A stretch of 63,750 nucleotides of DNA, filler included, from Licmophora abbreviata (GCA_900291995.1; 9 parts of 9 records of this genome joined end to end with filler, not necessarily neighbours in it); one strand, 5' to 3'; shown: positions 45,740 to 59,779, numbered from the whole stretch's first letter. Translations and numbers: made by a program. Notes: generated from the sequence alone by a model not told the origin.

Positions 45740-46735
45740 ATGTTGGCGATTTCGCAAAGAACTCTTGCCGGTAGTCGGGGTCCGGCTGTTCTGTGTTTGA
45801 GATCCATCGCCACGTCTTCGCAAGCACTGCCGATCGTCAAAACCACGATCGATGCCACTACGGGTATCGCCCACGTGGTCCTCAACAGACCGGAAAAGAT
45901 GAACGCCTTGAATCTTGCCATGTTTGAAGCAATTGCGGAACAAGCAGCAAGATTGAGATCGGATCGATCGGTCCGAGTGGTCATTCTACGAGGTGAAGGC
46001 CGCGCTTTCTGTACCGGACTGGACGTCAAGTCGATGATTGGGAACAGTCCTAAAAAGTCTGTAGAGCGGCTACTGGAGAGACCTTCAGGCTACGGAGGAG
46101 GAGACGAGAGCCCGGGAAATCTGGCGCAAGATGTGGGCCTCTTGTGGAGGGAGCTTTCCTCCGTCCCAGTGATTGCTGTCCTGCACGGAATGTGCTATGG
46201 TGGAGGCGTACAGATTGCGCTCGGTGCCGATATGCGCTTCGCGACGCCGGACTGCAAATTGTCCATCATGGAGGCAAAGTGGGGCCTGATACCTGACATG
46301 TCGGCATCTGTCACGTTGCGCGAACTCGTTTCAATTGACGTTGCTAAGGAACTAACAATGACGGGGAGAATCATTGATGGAAAAGAGGCAGCTTCCCTCG
46401 GGCTTGTAACACGATGCATGGACGATCCGCTAGCAGAGGCTGAAAAAGTAGCGAAGGAAATCATTGGGCGGTGAGTCATCGTGCGCAAATCTCTGCCGCC
46501 GGGAGCTGAATTCAAGGATGTCTCATAGCTTTCGTTGTCACACCACAGGTCTCCTGACTCCGTCGCGTTCGCGAAGCAGCTTTATCAGGACACATGGGTT
46601 GCTCCAGAAGAGTACTGCTTAAAGGTGGAAACAGACCTCCAGAGAAAGCTGCTGGCCTCGTGGAACCAGGTGGCTGCATCGGGACGCAATTTCGGTGTCA
46701 AGTTGCCATACTTTCAGCGGAAGGAAGATTCGTAA
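45740..46735 (+). CDS. Enoyl-CoA hydratase/isomerase (crotonase), probably mitochondrial
   Basis: LNRPEKMNAL, AFCTGLD, GMCYGGGVQIALGAD and EAKWGLIPDM. Intron 46471-46548. Confidence 0.92.
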
Positions 46736-46839
46736 CTAGGCTCGATATCTCCCTCTCTTTTCACCTTTCCTATGACGCATCTTGCGTACGAACACTCGGC
46801 TATTACTAGTAGTCTTTATTGCATGTGGCTTCCTAAATC

Positions 46840-49800
46840 TCAAACAAAGGTGCCCTTCAGTTCCACAAGGTTGGCTCGGCGGCCAATTGCAAGCGTTCCG
46901 CTCTCTTCGCCAATCAGTATGCCAAGAATATTCTGGTCTCCCGCACGCTGCAGCTGATCTTTCCACCAGCGATTCACCAGCCGACGGTCTTGTTGGTTTA
47001 GCGACTTCAGTCGAACAGTAGCACTACTGTCGCATACTTCCTCCTCGGTCATTGTTGGATGGAGCCCGATGCTCGCATTGCTGCCGACCATCGACTCTTC
47101 TCGGCCAAGCTGGCTAGGCGGAAACGGCTGTTCGGGCCTTGCGCGAGGGTTCGCCCGAAGTGCGGGCTGTAGGTAAGCATGCTTGAACGGGTCATGTCGA
47201 CCGATGCGAGTGCCGAGCTGCTGATCCAACGCGTCCAATTCCGCGTCGGCACTTTCAGGCAAGGACGTCGCGGTCTGCCACTTGCGGTCGTTTGCTTCGA
47301 AGCCTGAGGCAGACTCTCGAACCGAGCATTGTCTCTCTTGTAACTTCCGTCGCACCGCTTCTTCCTCCTGGCTTATACTAATGTCCATGACAGTCGCGAC
47401 CTCAAGTGGCAAGGTTGAGCTTGACGGATCGTATCTGGCTCGAGTTGATCGCAAGAACACATACGTCATAAGAATCAATGCAATCGTTGCGTAGGCCTCG
47501 TGCCGTGCTTCCTTTAGAATAAACTGCCCTGTGATGGTCATTTGAGCAATAATCAAGCCAAAGACAAACCGACGGAAGATCTTCGGCCAGAACTGACCTC
47601 CAGTCTCAAAAATGCTTTCGTACACGTACAAGTGGTGATGAGTCCACAAAAGACGACTGAATAGACAGAAAAGTGCGCAGGGCAGAAGTACAAGCGGTGC
47701 GACTACTGCGAAGACGACGCTGATCACCACCACAAGCATGTCCTGAGCCAGAATCTTGTGAAATGGAAACCAGCCAGGATCGTCGATGCTACGTAGACCC
47801 GCAAACGGACGTCGCTTCTTTCTCAGAGTCGCGTTTGGAAACAATAGAAATCGCACCGAGGCCTGAACCAAACTCAGAATTCGCACAAGTTCAACACCAA
47901 GGCCAAGGAATGCCTTGATAGTCACAAACGTGATGAAAAAGGAAGACATTCTTGGTAGCGAGTTTCCCAGCATCTCGAATGCCGCCTCCGGATTTTCAAT
48001 TATAATGGCAACTGTGTCAAAGATAGACCCTGCAACAGTTGTGACCAAAAATACGTTCACGACCTGAAACAAAAAGTAGCGCGAAAACGAGCGCATCTGA
48101 ACCTCGCTAAAGGACACTAGCCCCTCGGCGCGTCCGATGGCGATAAAGAGCGGAGGCAAGAGCTGCTGAATCGCAACGATACAGAGCGGCTGGACCATTG
48201 CTATGACCGACGAAAACAAAGCCGATGCCTGATCGAGTTGCGCAAGTCTCGGCGACGACGACACAAGTGCCGACTCGCTGACCAGAAGCGAGACGAGTGC
48301 GACTGGTACCACGTAAAAGACAATCAAGAGCAAGACAAGGGCCTCGCCAATATACGAGCGTGTTCGTCTGGCCCCCTTCGAGACGTAAATGTTCTCCCAG
48401 AGAACGTCACGAGGCTCCGGTGCATGCATCACCGCCATCGCACCAGGCCTGGACGAGTGCATTGACTGCATGGCGATGGTTGAAGCTGTGAAAGTTCTCA
48501 TCTCAACAAACGCCTTGTCGGTCATTTCGTTGACGTGGTCTTCGATGTGCCCCTTGGTGGGCCCCTCAGAGTTGTAAACAGGTCGTCCAAAGAAATTTCG
48601 GTGTCGGGCAAGCTTCGAGTACTGTCGAATCGCGTGCTTTGCTTTTGAGAACGGCTTGTCCTTCTTTTTGTCGGATTTGCCATCGGCTCGGTGGTTCGGT
48701 CCGGTACCAATAGTAACTTCATCGGTTTCGACCACTGGACTCTTTCTCCCACGCAGCCCCGACAAAGACGAGCCAAAGTCTTCTGATAAATCAAGAGTTC
48801 CGTCCGCAAACTTAACTTTACCTTCTTCCATCGACTTTAGTTCCTTATGCTTCGTCCCGACCTCTTCTTCCTTCCTCAGAGTTCCATCACTGTTTCTGGG
48901 CGCCCCAATCGCAGGCGGGCGGTATGCATCGCCCTCATACTTTGAGGGAAGGCCCATTATCTTCCGCTGTTCTGGATCGTCCGTGACAAATGGAGACGCC
49001 AAAATATAATCGATGTCTTTGCCGCCTTCCGCCGATTCCATCCGATCCATCAGCTTGACAACGCGTCGACGTCTTTTCTGTTCATTTTCGACCTGATTGT
49101 TCAATGTTTCCAGCTTGGTGAACAGCCTTGTGAGTCGATCTTGCTTCGGTTCGACGATTCCCATCGATTCGCAACACGAACAAGACCGGGCGGCCGAGGA
49201 GAGTCTACTGAGGTTGGACTGCTTGTAGAGGTTACGTTTCTCGGCCCGACAGAGCAACAGTAGTTCCTGTTCAATCTGCATGAGTACGACTGTTCGCTTC
49301 GCAATGAGCTGTTCCAAACTTATCAAATTTTGACACATGGATACGGATCGAACTGCCTCCGGGTAGACATGTCGAAAGTAGGTTGAAATTTTGTTGGACG
49401 AGCGCAAATGTCGTGGGATATTGGAAACGAGCACAGTCCGCAAGTGAGGCTCGCGAGACATGAGATATCGATGTCGAATGCTATTGAAGGCTTCGTATTC
49501 CCGTAGCAGCTCTCGAACGACAATCCCAGTTAAGAGATATGCTGCAAAGCAATGTACCCACAGTCGTGGCGATCCGCCGCTGACGTTGGCCATGGTGAAT
49601 CTGAGGAAATCAGTAAAGAGTAAGGATCCGACGTATCCTTTCAGGTCGCTGGCATTGGCATGCCCACCGCCCGTGAAGTTAAGAGGAAGAATAACAATAA
49701 AGGAGAAGATAGACATTTTGACAATGCAGCGCAGCGCTAGTCTATGGAAGCGGAGAAAGATCAGTGAATCGTAGCCAATCCGGTTGATGATCTGGGTGGG

Positions 49801-50474
49801 TGCGAAGTAGATTCCGTGTGAGATTACGACTCAAGAAGTGTGGCGGAAAAGAAAAAGCAAGAGAACGCATAACCTACCTCTTCGTCAGACAAGAAGAAAC
49901 ATATCTTGGCCTAAAATAGAGACGAGAGCACGGGAGGCGTCATCAGTCATCCGCAATCCGTATCTGCTACAACACACAGAAGTATGTTGAAGATCATTTG
50001 TGTACGCACCCAGCTGAAGGCGCCGTCTACAGGAAGCGGGGGTGGGACCAATTTCGGAAGACGATGTCGTCTCGGAGAAACGAACAGCGGGTTTGTTTTT
50101 TGGCTATGGTAGAAGCATGAGGCAAATATCAGAAAGGTGCACGTCATGATGGCAAAGAGCGTCGCCAGAGTTGCGAATGACATGGACGTTTCGTGAAAGG
50201 ACCCCACATCCTCGACGTAGCTCGGAAGGAAGCTACTTAGTCGCCGATGCGTATTTTCCACTGCTCCTAGGGAGCATTCGGTGCCGTGACAAGAGGCCAA
50301 TTCATCGGCCGCATTGCTGTTAGGAATGAAGTCTTGCTCGACTGGTCCAAGTGCTGTTACAACAATGGGCTCCACGTAGCGCAGAAACAATTTTTTTCGA
50401 TACCGAACAAGCTCAATTAGCCACACAGGTACTGGCATGGCCAAAGTCTCCTGAATACACGCTACTGAATCCAT
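46840..50474 (-). CDS. OSCA/TMEM63 (CSC1-like) osmosensitive cation channel
   Basis: RFTMANV…RLWVH, RTVLVSNIP, AFVEM, APEPRDVLWEN, FFITFV and YESIFETGGQFWP. Introns 49911-50009 and 49792-49877 flank a 33-nt exon. Confidence 0.9.
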
Positions 50475-50948
50475 CTTTGCGGCTGTTGGGGCAGATTTAC
50501 TGCCATGTTCTTGGCAGAGCGACCTACGAGTAAGAGTTTCAACGCAAAAAAGGAGAGTTGAAAGTTGATGATTGACTTGACTCACTCGACCGGCTGTAGC
50601 TCAATTTTCGGTTGACCCACTCGACTCACCACCGTGTCCGCATTTTGAGTCGAGTGTATCGAAGTTTCCACTCACGTACGAGTACTCGGAGTACGTAGAG
50701 GTGCCACGTACTCAGTCGATGGAGTCAAACTGGCGGTCGTGCGGAGAAACCCGGAGTTCAGAAGAGGAACGTGCACGTAGAAGTCAGTAGAAAAGCTACG
50801 TCAATGTTCAGATATGCCTGTCGGCCGTAGATTTTTCCCGCGCGACTGCATTCGCCTTGTTGTCTTTTTCAGTTTGGCATCATTGGTCTCACTTTTTGAG
50901 CAAAGATTGCACCGCCGCCAAGATCCAAGAACTCTTCTGACTTTCATC

Positions 50949-52503
50949 ATGTCCACCGGAGACTACAAAGGTGAGATCCTGTGGTGCAGGTGGATGCTGT
51001 GATTCAGCGCGGACGTGGGAATGTAATGATCGTGTCGCAGATTCGAGTTTCTCACGGTGTTTTGCCCATCCGCCCACAGTTGCTGATATTTCCCTTGCCG
51101 ACTATGGCCGCAAGGAGATCGAGATGGCCGAGGTCGAGATGCCTGGTCTTATGTCCTGCCGCACTGAGTTCGGAGCAGATGCTCCCCTCAAGGGAGCCCG
51201 TATCTCGGGATCCCTCCACATGACAGTCCAGACTGCCGTCCTCATCGAGACTCTCAAGAATCTCGGAGGCGACATCCGCTGGTGCTCCTGTAACATCTTC
51301 TCCACCCAGGACCACGCCGCTTCTGCTATTGCTCGTGAAGAGTCCGCCGCTGTCTTTGCCTGGAAGGGAGAGTCTCTCGAGGAGTACTGGGAGTGCACCC
51401 TCAACGCTGTCACGTGGCAGGAGGACGACGGCAAGGGTCATGGACCCGACCTCATCGTCGATGACGGAGGAGACATGACTCTCCTTATCCACGAGGGTAA
51501 GAAGGCCGAGGATCTCTTCCTCAAGGACGGAACCCTCCCGGATCCCACCTCCACCGACAATGCCGAGTTCAAGATCGTCCTCACCATCATCAAGCGTCTC
51601 CTCGAGGCCGGTGAGACCGATAAGTGGAACAAAATTGCCACTCGCTGCATGGGTGTCTCTGAGGAGACCACCACTGGTGTCCACCGTCTCTACACCATGG
51701 AGAAGACCGGAACCCTCCTCTTCCCCGCCATCAATGTCAACGACTCTGTCACCAAGTCCAAGTTTGACAACCTTTACGGATGCAAGCATTCCCTTCCCGA
51801 TGGAATCATGCGCGCCACTGACGTCATGATGGCCGGAAAGAAGGCCGTCATTTGCGGATACGGAGATGTCGGGAAAGGTTGCGCTGCCGCCATGCGTGCC
51901 AACGGATGTGTCGTCTACGTCACCGAGATCGATCCCATCTGCGCTCTGCAGGCCTGCATGGAGGGATTCACTGTCACAACGCTCGAGGACGTTGTCGAGT
52001 GGGCCGATATCTTCATCACCACCACGGGTAACAAGGGAATTCTCATGAGCGAGACCATGGGCAAGATGAAGAACAATGCCATCGTCGGAAACATTGGTCA
52101 TTTCGATAACGAGATCGACATGGACGGATTGATGAAAGCCACCAAGCGCATCAACATCAAGCCGCAGGTAGACCGTTTTGAGTTCCCCAACGGCAACGGC
52201 ATTATCGTCCTCGCGGAGGGACGCCTTCTCAACTTGGGCTGTGCCACTGGCCACCCTTCGTTTGTCATGTCTGCCTCGTTCACCAACCAGACTCTTGCTC
52301 AGTTGGAGCTCTGGAAGGAGAAGGACTCTGGCAAGTACGGTCGCGGTAAGGTGTATGTTCTCCCCAAGACTCTGGATGAGAAGGTCGCCCGCCTCCATTT
52401 GGATTCGCTTGGTGCCAAGCTCACGTTGCTCTCGGACGAGCAATCTGAGTACATTGGAATCCCCGTTGCTGGTCCCTACAAGCCCGACACGTACCGTTAT
52501 TAG
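50949..52503 (+). CDS. SAHH: S-adenosylhomocysteine hydrolase
   Basis: [46 protein letters not shown] and [15 protein letters not shown]. Intron 50971-51079. Strong codon bias. Confidence 0.98.
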
Positions 52504-52936
52504 AAACTTCGTGTCTTCGCAGTTTAGCTCCACAATGAGCTTCACCTCACAAATAAGCACCTCTTAAAGAACAATATCTAACTTATTGTTGCATTAAAAT
52601 GTATCCCGGCAGTGACCGTAAGAATTATCTTGCTACTTGCATAGGTTTCAGTCTACCCTAGAGTCTCTGATCTCTCCAACGCATGCCGCGCCGCGGCGTC
52701 GTACGTTTCAGAGACTTCGGAATCGACACGTGTAGCTAGAGAAAGATACAGCGCCAAACAGCATGAAGATCGCATCGTTGCTCGTCGCATCACATCACCG
52801 CAGTGTGCTTGCGCTGTCGTGAGCCTCTAATCCTGCTCCGCCGTATTCTGCAGCAGGACGAAAGCAGGGGAGGTAGCTTTGAGACTGATCAAAGCAATAC
52901 TTACTTTTGTAGCTAGCTAGCTCAGGCCAAGATACG

Positions 52937-54121
52937 ATGCCACCGTCGTGTTTGATGTCAGCATGCATCCGTCCGAGACGGTTCTGGTTGATCGTTGTAG
53001 CCGTGCTTCTGAGGCACTGCGCCGCTTCAATAATACAAGGTTGTCCTAGAGTCACTGCCCCATCGCTGTCTTATCGACAGTGGGGAAGATGCACAGGACA
53101 AATACACTGCGGGGGCTCTTGCAAGGAAGCAATCGAAACTCTTCGAGCAGGAGCCGTCGGTGTCGACGACGACGAAGAAGAATCCAGCTCCGAGGACGAA
53201 AAGAGTGTGGAAGAGGAACAGGAACAGGAGAACATATCAGAGGATACAGAAAGCGAAGAGGAGGAAGATTATGAAGAAGAAGAAGACGCCGACTCGGAGA
53301 CATCGGCTGCTACGGTCGAGTACGACGAACCGCTTGCACTGCCAGGCGGGCTTCAGATGGGGAGTCTCTTCGGCGTCATGCTACTTTCGCGAAGAATGGA
53401 TATGTTTGACGAAAAGGTTGTTCGTCTTGGGCGGTAAGCGCTTCCACTGGTGCCATTGATGATTGTCACCCGCGTCGTCATACTATCACTTGCAGAAATG
53501 GACCAGCGCTCACGAAATTCTGTGCGCGACCTCGACGTCGACAGGTTCATCTTCATTACCTACTTGCTTCTTTATCAGGCCTTTTTAGTGTATGTGCGCA
53601 TTATGGCAAAAGTTAATAATGATCGAACCCCCATCACCATGACAAACCCGTTGTCTGGAATCGTCAATGCACAACTCGGTCAAAAGGAGGGGGGCGGCAT
53701 GGTGAAAGACTTGGCGTCGCAGTTTTTATCATCCAAGTCGACGGTAGTCGAGTATGACTTGCGACAGGCCAAGGGAATGAATGGAAGTCTGCTTTTCAAT
53801 ATGCTTTTTATGTGGTTTCTTCACTTTAAAATGGGGCAGACGCAGCCGCTGTTTGCGCAATCATTGACGGGTGCCTTGAATCTAGTCTACCACCCCCTCT
53901 TTCAGGTATACATTTTAGGCCGAAACTTGGAGCGGCCGTTCAAGTCGAATCGGGCCCTGCCTGGTATGCCAAAAGAGAGCACCGATGAGGCGGATGCAGT
54001 TGCGACCGACGACGAAGACGATGAGGATGAGAGTGAACAAAGCGAAGAAGACAACGACGATGATGAGAGCGACGAAGACTACTCGGACGATGACGATTCG
54101 GAAGATGACGATGATGAATAA
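52937..54121 (+). CDS. Pho88/SND3-like ER membrane protein with signal-like N-terminus and acidic tracts
   Basis: TVVEYD…MWFLHFKMGQTQPLFAQS…HPLFQVYILG…LERPF. Intron 53434-53544. Confidence 0.7.
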
Positions 54122-54171
54122 GGAGCACGCTATAGATAGTTTTTAAAACGCTCCTGAATCTATTCAGTAGT

Positions 54172-55271
54172 CTACACTATGCCTGCTTCGTCCTGGAGTA
54201 CTCGTAGAATCTCGGCGTGCACTTTGCCATTCGAGGCAATCATTTTACGCGTCCGCAAATTGTAATCATCTCCAGCGAGGTCTGTAAATCGTCCTCCTGC
54301 CTCTTCGACCAGCAATGCTCCTGCGGCAATATCCCAGGAACTCAAGTCGTACTCCCAGTAGCACGTCAGTCGCCCATTGGCCACCCAAGCAAGCATAAGA
54401 GCGGCGCTACCTAACATTCGTATTGTTCTGACTTTCGGCATGAGCGCCTTCACACCTTTAAGCGACATCTGCATGCTTTCCTCTGCCGGTGGTGATCCCA
54501 TTGCGACAACGGCATCACCAATCACTTGCTGTTCGCCCACGCAAATGCGCTCGCCGTTCATGTAGGCTCCCCGCCCTCGAATGGCTGTAAAGAGCTCGTC
54601 TCGGTGCGGATCAAAGATAACCCCAACCATCACCTGTCCCTTGTACGCCACGGCGATGGATGGCATACAGAGGGGCATACCATGTACAAAGTTTGTTGTG
54701 CCGTCAATTGGATCTACAACAAAAAGCCATGATGAATCTGTTGACAGCTTGGCATTCAAAGCAGCTGAGCTTGCTTCCTTTCCCGGAGGGACATCCTCTT
54801 CACCCAAGAATGCATGATCAGGAAATTTCTCTAGTACGGTTTCTCGGATCGTCTGTATGCATGAATCGCCAGATTTAAATCAAGTTTTTTTTCAGGGGGC
54901 TTCCGCCTTTCAACAAAGTCGTAGAGTACTTGGCGTGGACCTACCTTCTCGCAGAGCGGGTCGATTAGCGTCAGCAAGTCCCGGCTATTGGCCTTCCGTT
55001 CTGTAACGTCGGCGCCACCAGCATTTCCTAGTATAATGTCGCCAGCTTTCTTCGATGCCTCCACAGCAACTTGAAGAATCTGGTCAAGAAGAGCATCATC
55101 CACGGGGGCGTCAGGTGATGTGGCACCGGACATGGGCCTTGGAGTTGTATTCGTGCGTGCGGACCGATGGCTCGTGCTTGTTGACAGATTCTTCACGAAA
55201 GCTACGTTCGGTGCGATGAACAGAGAAACTGTGATCAGGACTCTTCGAGCTCGAGTGCCAACCAGGTTCAT
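54172..55271 (-). CDS. Inositol monophosphatase-like (IMPL1-type), probably plastid-targeted
   Basis: [23 protein letters not shown] and WDIAAG. Signal peptide ending VA/F. Intron 54853-54944. Confidence 0.92.
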
Positions 55272-55908
55272 TGCGGTGTTGAGTCAAGTGCAGCCTCTGC
55301 AATCGTCGATACATAGACCATCATTATCATCACGCATCTTCGAAGGTTACACGACATCAGATCATCCCTTTCGGAAAGTACGTCACTTCAAAAGATTCGA
55401 TTCGCGAGCTTCACGAAAGATACCGAATCGAAGAGCTCGTCCCAACGTTAGCACCGGCAGGACTAGACCTACACGACTTCAGAACGATGTACAGCCCATT
55501 TTCGTTGAGCTGTGCCGTCTCCTTACGTCCAATGGGTGGGCCCTGGAACGCATGAGAGATCCTATCCCTATCTCACTATGACACTCTCGATAATAGACTA
55601 GAGGAAAGGTTCAGAAGACTCGAATGCAACACGGCATACAAGAGCCCGTATCATATCGAGACAACGGTAGCCACAGAAGACCTTCTACTGTACTTTGAAA
55701 TTGTATCTAAAACCCCTCAGGGCTAGTGGTGCATGATCTCTGTTATTTTAAATGTCCTAGTATTCTATGATCATGTGCCTAATAACTTAACTTCGAACAA
55801 CTGCTGCGGTCGACGAACACAGCAAACTGAGGATGCTTGCGTGGGCTCTCGATCGACGCCATATAAACGGACGCTGCAAAGCAATTCGCGACTGCCTGGA
55901 AAGCTTTG

Positions 55909-57258
55909 CTATGGCTCTCGGCTCTCAGCAACAACAGTTTTTCGTCGCGCCAGCACAACTGGATTGCGCGGTCCACCGCCAATGGTGTATCGCCTCTCGA
56001 TGGATGCCTCTCTTAATGCAGGTCCGTCTTCTTCGCCGTGATGCCATTTCTTTTCTTCGTCGTCCTGTGTTGGAGATACCGTGCCGGCAAGTGTTTGACG
56101 GCTTGAATCGGTGAATAAGCCGTAGTCTTCTCCATTTTTCATCTCCAGTACAGCCAGTACTCTACTTCGCGCACCACGATGTCCTAGCTCGCCGGCAGTG
56201 ACAAGCCATTCCAGTGCTTCTGCTCGATCTCGTCGAGTGCCCACTCCATCCAAGAGACAATCGCCTAACATATATGCAGCCCCTGGGTGGCCAAGCGTCG
56301 CAGCTCGACGGAAGTATTTCACGGCCATCTCTTCGTTTTCTGCGGTACCCTCTCCGGTGAAGAAGGCGACAGCGAGCTCGTAGGTGGATGCGACGTGTCG
56401 GTGATCATCGACTGCCATTCTCCACCACACAGTAGCCATTCCAGGGTTCGGTTCGACGCCCGGAGCTCGACCTTCATTCACAACCATGGCGTAGAGGCAC
56501 ATACTATCAGCGTGTCCTCTCTCAGCTAGCTCCTTGACAAACTTGAAGCCGGTGCGTTGCAATTCGTCGTCTCCCGCCTGTTGCAAGTAGAAAGCCGCAA
56601 GCTTGAACTTGAGGTTGTCACAATATCTCTGACGGACCATGTCGTAGTTAGTGCGCTTGGAAGCTGCGCGTGTGCAGTAGGAAAAGTCGGTCTCCAAGCT
56701 GGGAATCTCCGTAGCCAAGGGAACGTGGCGCGGCCAGCTGGAAAGCGGGGTGGTCTGTTTCGATGGATTGGTGTAATCCCATCGCTGTCGATAATCTGGA
56801 AGTAGCATTCGATGGTAGGCAAGGCACTGTTCGAAGCGAATCGATTCCGTGAATCCCTCTCGTAGATCGGTGTCCTCGTCCACGTATCTGTCGACGTCAA
56901 CGTCATGTCGTCCTCCAGTATCTTCTTCGAGGAAACTCATGAGCTGCTCGTCTTCGCGATCTTTCTTTTTTAGGTTTTCCTCTTGACACGATACCCTTTG
57001 AATTAAGAAAGAGAATGCAGTAGGGGATGTCTCACCCACGTGTCTCGAAGCGTTCGTCTTTGTCGCGTTGAAACTACTATGCATGTCATCCTGGCGGGTC
57101 AGGGTCATTGATGCTACGGCAAGGACAGCGGACGCGGAAAGAGTCATCAGCGTCGTTGCTTGCGTTCCGTTCCGGCTTGTCGCCTTGGAGGATGTAGACA
57201 CCCATCTTGCGGCTCGCCTTTTTAAGAGAAGAGACGTTGGTACGCGCTGCATGATCAT
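55909..57258 (-). CDS. Sel1-repeat protein, probably mitochondrial
   Basis: Repeats AERGHADSM, YELAVAFFTGEG…AVKYFRRAATLGHPGAAYMLGDCLLDGVG and AGELGHRGA. Arg/Ser-rich N-terminus. Start uncertain. Confidence 0.82.
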   Translation of the reverse strand: MIMQRVPTSLLLKRRAARWVSTSSKATSRNGTQATTLMTLSASAVLAVASMTLTRQDDMHSSFNATKTNASRHVGETSPTAFSFLIQRVSCQEENLKKKDREDEQLMSFLEEDTGGRHDVDVDRYVDEDTDLREGFTESIRFEQCLAYHRMLLPDYRQRWDYTNPSKQTTPLSSWPRHVPLATEIPSLETDFSYCTRAASKRTNYDMVRQRYCDNLKFKLAAFYLQQAGDDELQRTGFKFVKELAERGHADSMCLYAMVVNEGRAPGVEPNPGMATVWWRMAVDDHRHVASTYELAVAFFTGEGTAENEEMAVKYFRRAATLGHPGAAYMLGDCLLDGVGTRRDRAEALEWLVTAGELGHRGARSRVLAVLEMKNGEDYGLFTDSSRQTLAGTVSPTQDDEEKKWHHGEEDGPALREASIERRYTIGGGPRNPVVLARRKTVVAESREP

Positions 57259-58377
57259 CGTGAGGTCGAATGAACCTTCAATCTTCCCGTCTCCTACTGT
57301 CATCGCAGCTGGTTGACGTCCCACATCACATCAAGAGATCGAGTTTCAAGTTGAAAGTTCGACAAGTTCGAAAGAAAATAAGTTCGCAGGCGTCACAAGA
57401 CGGAATTTGGAATTTGGAATGTGGGAACGGTACTTATGTACAGTTCACTGTACCACCTTCTACAACGTCCTTGTCGATCGCCCCAACTCTATTTTAAGTG
57501 CATATATTCAATATGCGCGACGGTGTCTCACTTTTCTAAATGATGCTGTCCGCCAACTTGACAGCACGAGATTGATTGACCATGAACCTTTCGAATTCAG
57601 CGGCCTCTTCTGTCTCGCCCCCTTCCATGAAGCGTTTCGTTTCATGCCCGAGGCATCTGCTTGAGTCCCACCTCAAACGCAACCTCGTTTTCTCGATGAG
57701 TGATCAAGCGCGATGAAGCTCAAAAATTCAAGATTGAGCATATGCCATACCCTGAGTTTGTTGAAATACTTTTCCTGTCGATTACATTCACTGTTGCAAC
57801 TATGAGTTTCATCATTGATCCTTGGGGTATCATTCGGAATCTTTCTTGTCTTAGAAGACGACGCGGCCGTATTTTTGGAAGCGACCTTCCCAGACTTCTT
57901 GCTAGCAGCCATCCTTGGGTTATACGACGTAGCTGTACACTGCTCAGTCGATGCAGCGAGCAGCGGTCCTCTATGGACACAACAAACAGGAACAGAAAAC
58001 CTCTCTCACTCAGCCTTGTGAACGACTTGTCCCAGATTTTCGACGCGTTTTACTTTTGGTTTAGATTTTTCACGCGCGCCACCTTTTTGATCACATATCC
58101 CATCACCATGATCTTTAGGTTGGAAATACATCCATGGTATTTGGTGTGTCGGTGTGCGCTAGCTTGATGCTTGCTTGCACGTTTTAGTCGAGGAACGCCT
58201 CGGCATGCTCGTCGCCTAGTCAATTTAGGATTGTTGCTCCAGTTTGACTGTGGCACAAGCTTAGTGCATCTCATACTGCCATATCTACAACAACAGCGTC
58301 TCGTCACCATCGTCGACCAGTCGATCTAACCTTCGATACAGCGCACTTCCATCGCTAGTCCCTTCTTGAGAGTGTTT

Positions 58378-58836
58378 TCAGGCGTTCTTCGTAGCGCTGG
58401 ACGGACCTCCATGACCCCCGTCGACATTGTCTTGAAGTGGTTGTTGCGCCATTTCAGTTCCACCTGGTAACAAGCACGGCGTCATGGCAGCCAACACCAA
58501 CGACACACTTGACACTAGCAGCAGCGATACCGGACTTCCCATAAGCATTCCGTTGATGAATTGTGCCACCGTGGCCCCGACCCTACTCGAGTCGGAAAAG
58601 ACGCCCATGCCGGTACTTCGTACTGTTGTGGGAAATAGTTCCGATGTCATACCGTCGATGGTGTTCCAAGCTGAAATGCTAAATGCTTGAAAGGCACAGG
58701 CACTCGCGACAATCCCAAAAGGACTGATTGCGCACGCAGCTCCGGCAAATGACAAGAGCGACACAGTGGCCAACAAGCAGCTCACTAATGAGGTTGCCAG
58801 GTACTGTCGCATTCCATCTTCCAGTTCCTGAATCAT
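58378..58836 (-). pseudogene. C-terminal fragment of an SV2/SVOP-like MFS transporter
   Basis: ISAWNTIDGMTSELFPTTVRSTGMG…RVGA…AQF matches the late TM helices of this family. The N-terminal part is absent or lies in the gap at 58885. Confidence 0.55.
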
Positions 58837-59602
58837 GTTATTCGCTTGTTCCTTTCCAAAGAGATTTTCGACATGATTGTTGCGNNNNNNNNNNNNNNNN
58901 NNNNNNNNNNNNNNNNNNNNNNNNNNNNTTAATTAATTAANNNNNNNNNNNNNNNNNNNNNNNNNNNNNNNNNNNNNNNNNNNNGAATGCCGCGGCATTT
59001 CATGCTCGTCGTATCCCACTCCCTTTCGTCCGTGTCGTCCCTTTCCCAAATTCTTCAAGTGAACTCGTGTCGAAACTCAACTCAAACCGTGACGACTGCA
59101 TAAGATTACGCCACTCCAAGGGCACATGCACATCTCGCGGCCAAGACTGATTGATGTCAGATAGAAATCGTAAACATTATAGCTTGTAGTTTATCCTTGT
59201 CATTCTAACTGGTACTGTGTAGTAGTCGCTTGTTGTGCTTGACTTCTTCAGGACGAGTGTCGGAGGTAGACTCACCATAATACCTATCGACGTGCCAACT
59301 CCCTCTCTAGACGACTGCTCTCCCCACTCATATAATAGTTTGTCCTCTATGTTGACAATCATTACAACCTAGGCACCGACAAGCCCATGGAGATGGGGGG
59401 TGAGTGATGTGCCGTGCCATCGTAGCTCACATAGAACACAGTCTCTAGCAATTATTGCAATCCAGGCTGTAAACTCAGAACCTGAAACCAGGCGCTTTCT
59501 GTGGTCGTCCGCGCGGGAGTATCATACCTGGAATACTCGTATTTTCAGATCGTCGCACCCCCTCTTGCCTTTCGGTTGCGTCGACAACACAAATGCCGTG
59601 GC

Positions 59603-59631
59603 GAGTCAGTCGAGTCGAGTCGAGTCGAGTC
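59603..59631 (+). repeat. (GAGTC)n pentanucleotide tandem repeat upstream of a gene
   Basis: gagtcagtcgagtcgagtcgagtcgagtc. Confidence 0.7.
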
Positions 59632-59779
59632 TCGATCATTGTCGAAGCCTCGACTGCAACGGTCTTGTTACATTCCTAGAAGTGCAGAAGACGACACCAG
59701 ATTGATCGTGCTGATCTGAAACGGTGTCATCTCACCACAGACTCAGAACTTTATTTTGCATGCGACAAAACTCGCTGAG

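Noticed and set aside
26333..50474. MscS and OSCA as an osmosensing cluster
   Set aside because: About 19 kb apart with unrelated genes between; both are common multi-copy families.
50949..52503. SAHH as part of the SET-methyltransferase cluster
   Set aside because: About 40 kb away among housekeeping genes; a universal enzyme with no specific link.
51052..52560. 502-aa antisense ORF over SAHH
   Set aside because: Shadow ORF caused by the strong codon bias of a highly expressed gene; no recognisable motifs.
57673..58310. Cluster of short ORFs between the Sel1 gene and the MFS fragment
   Set aside because: No motifs and no consistent splice path; treated as intergenic or decayed sequence.
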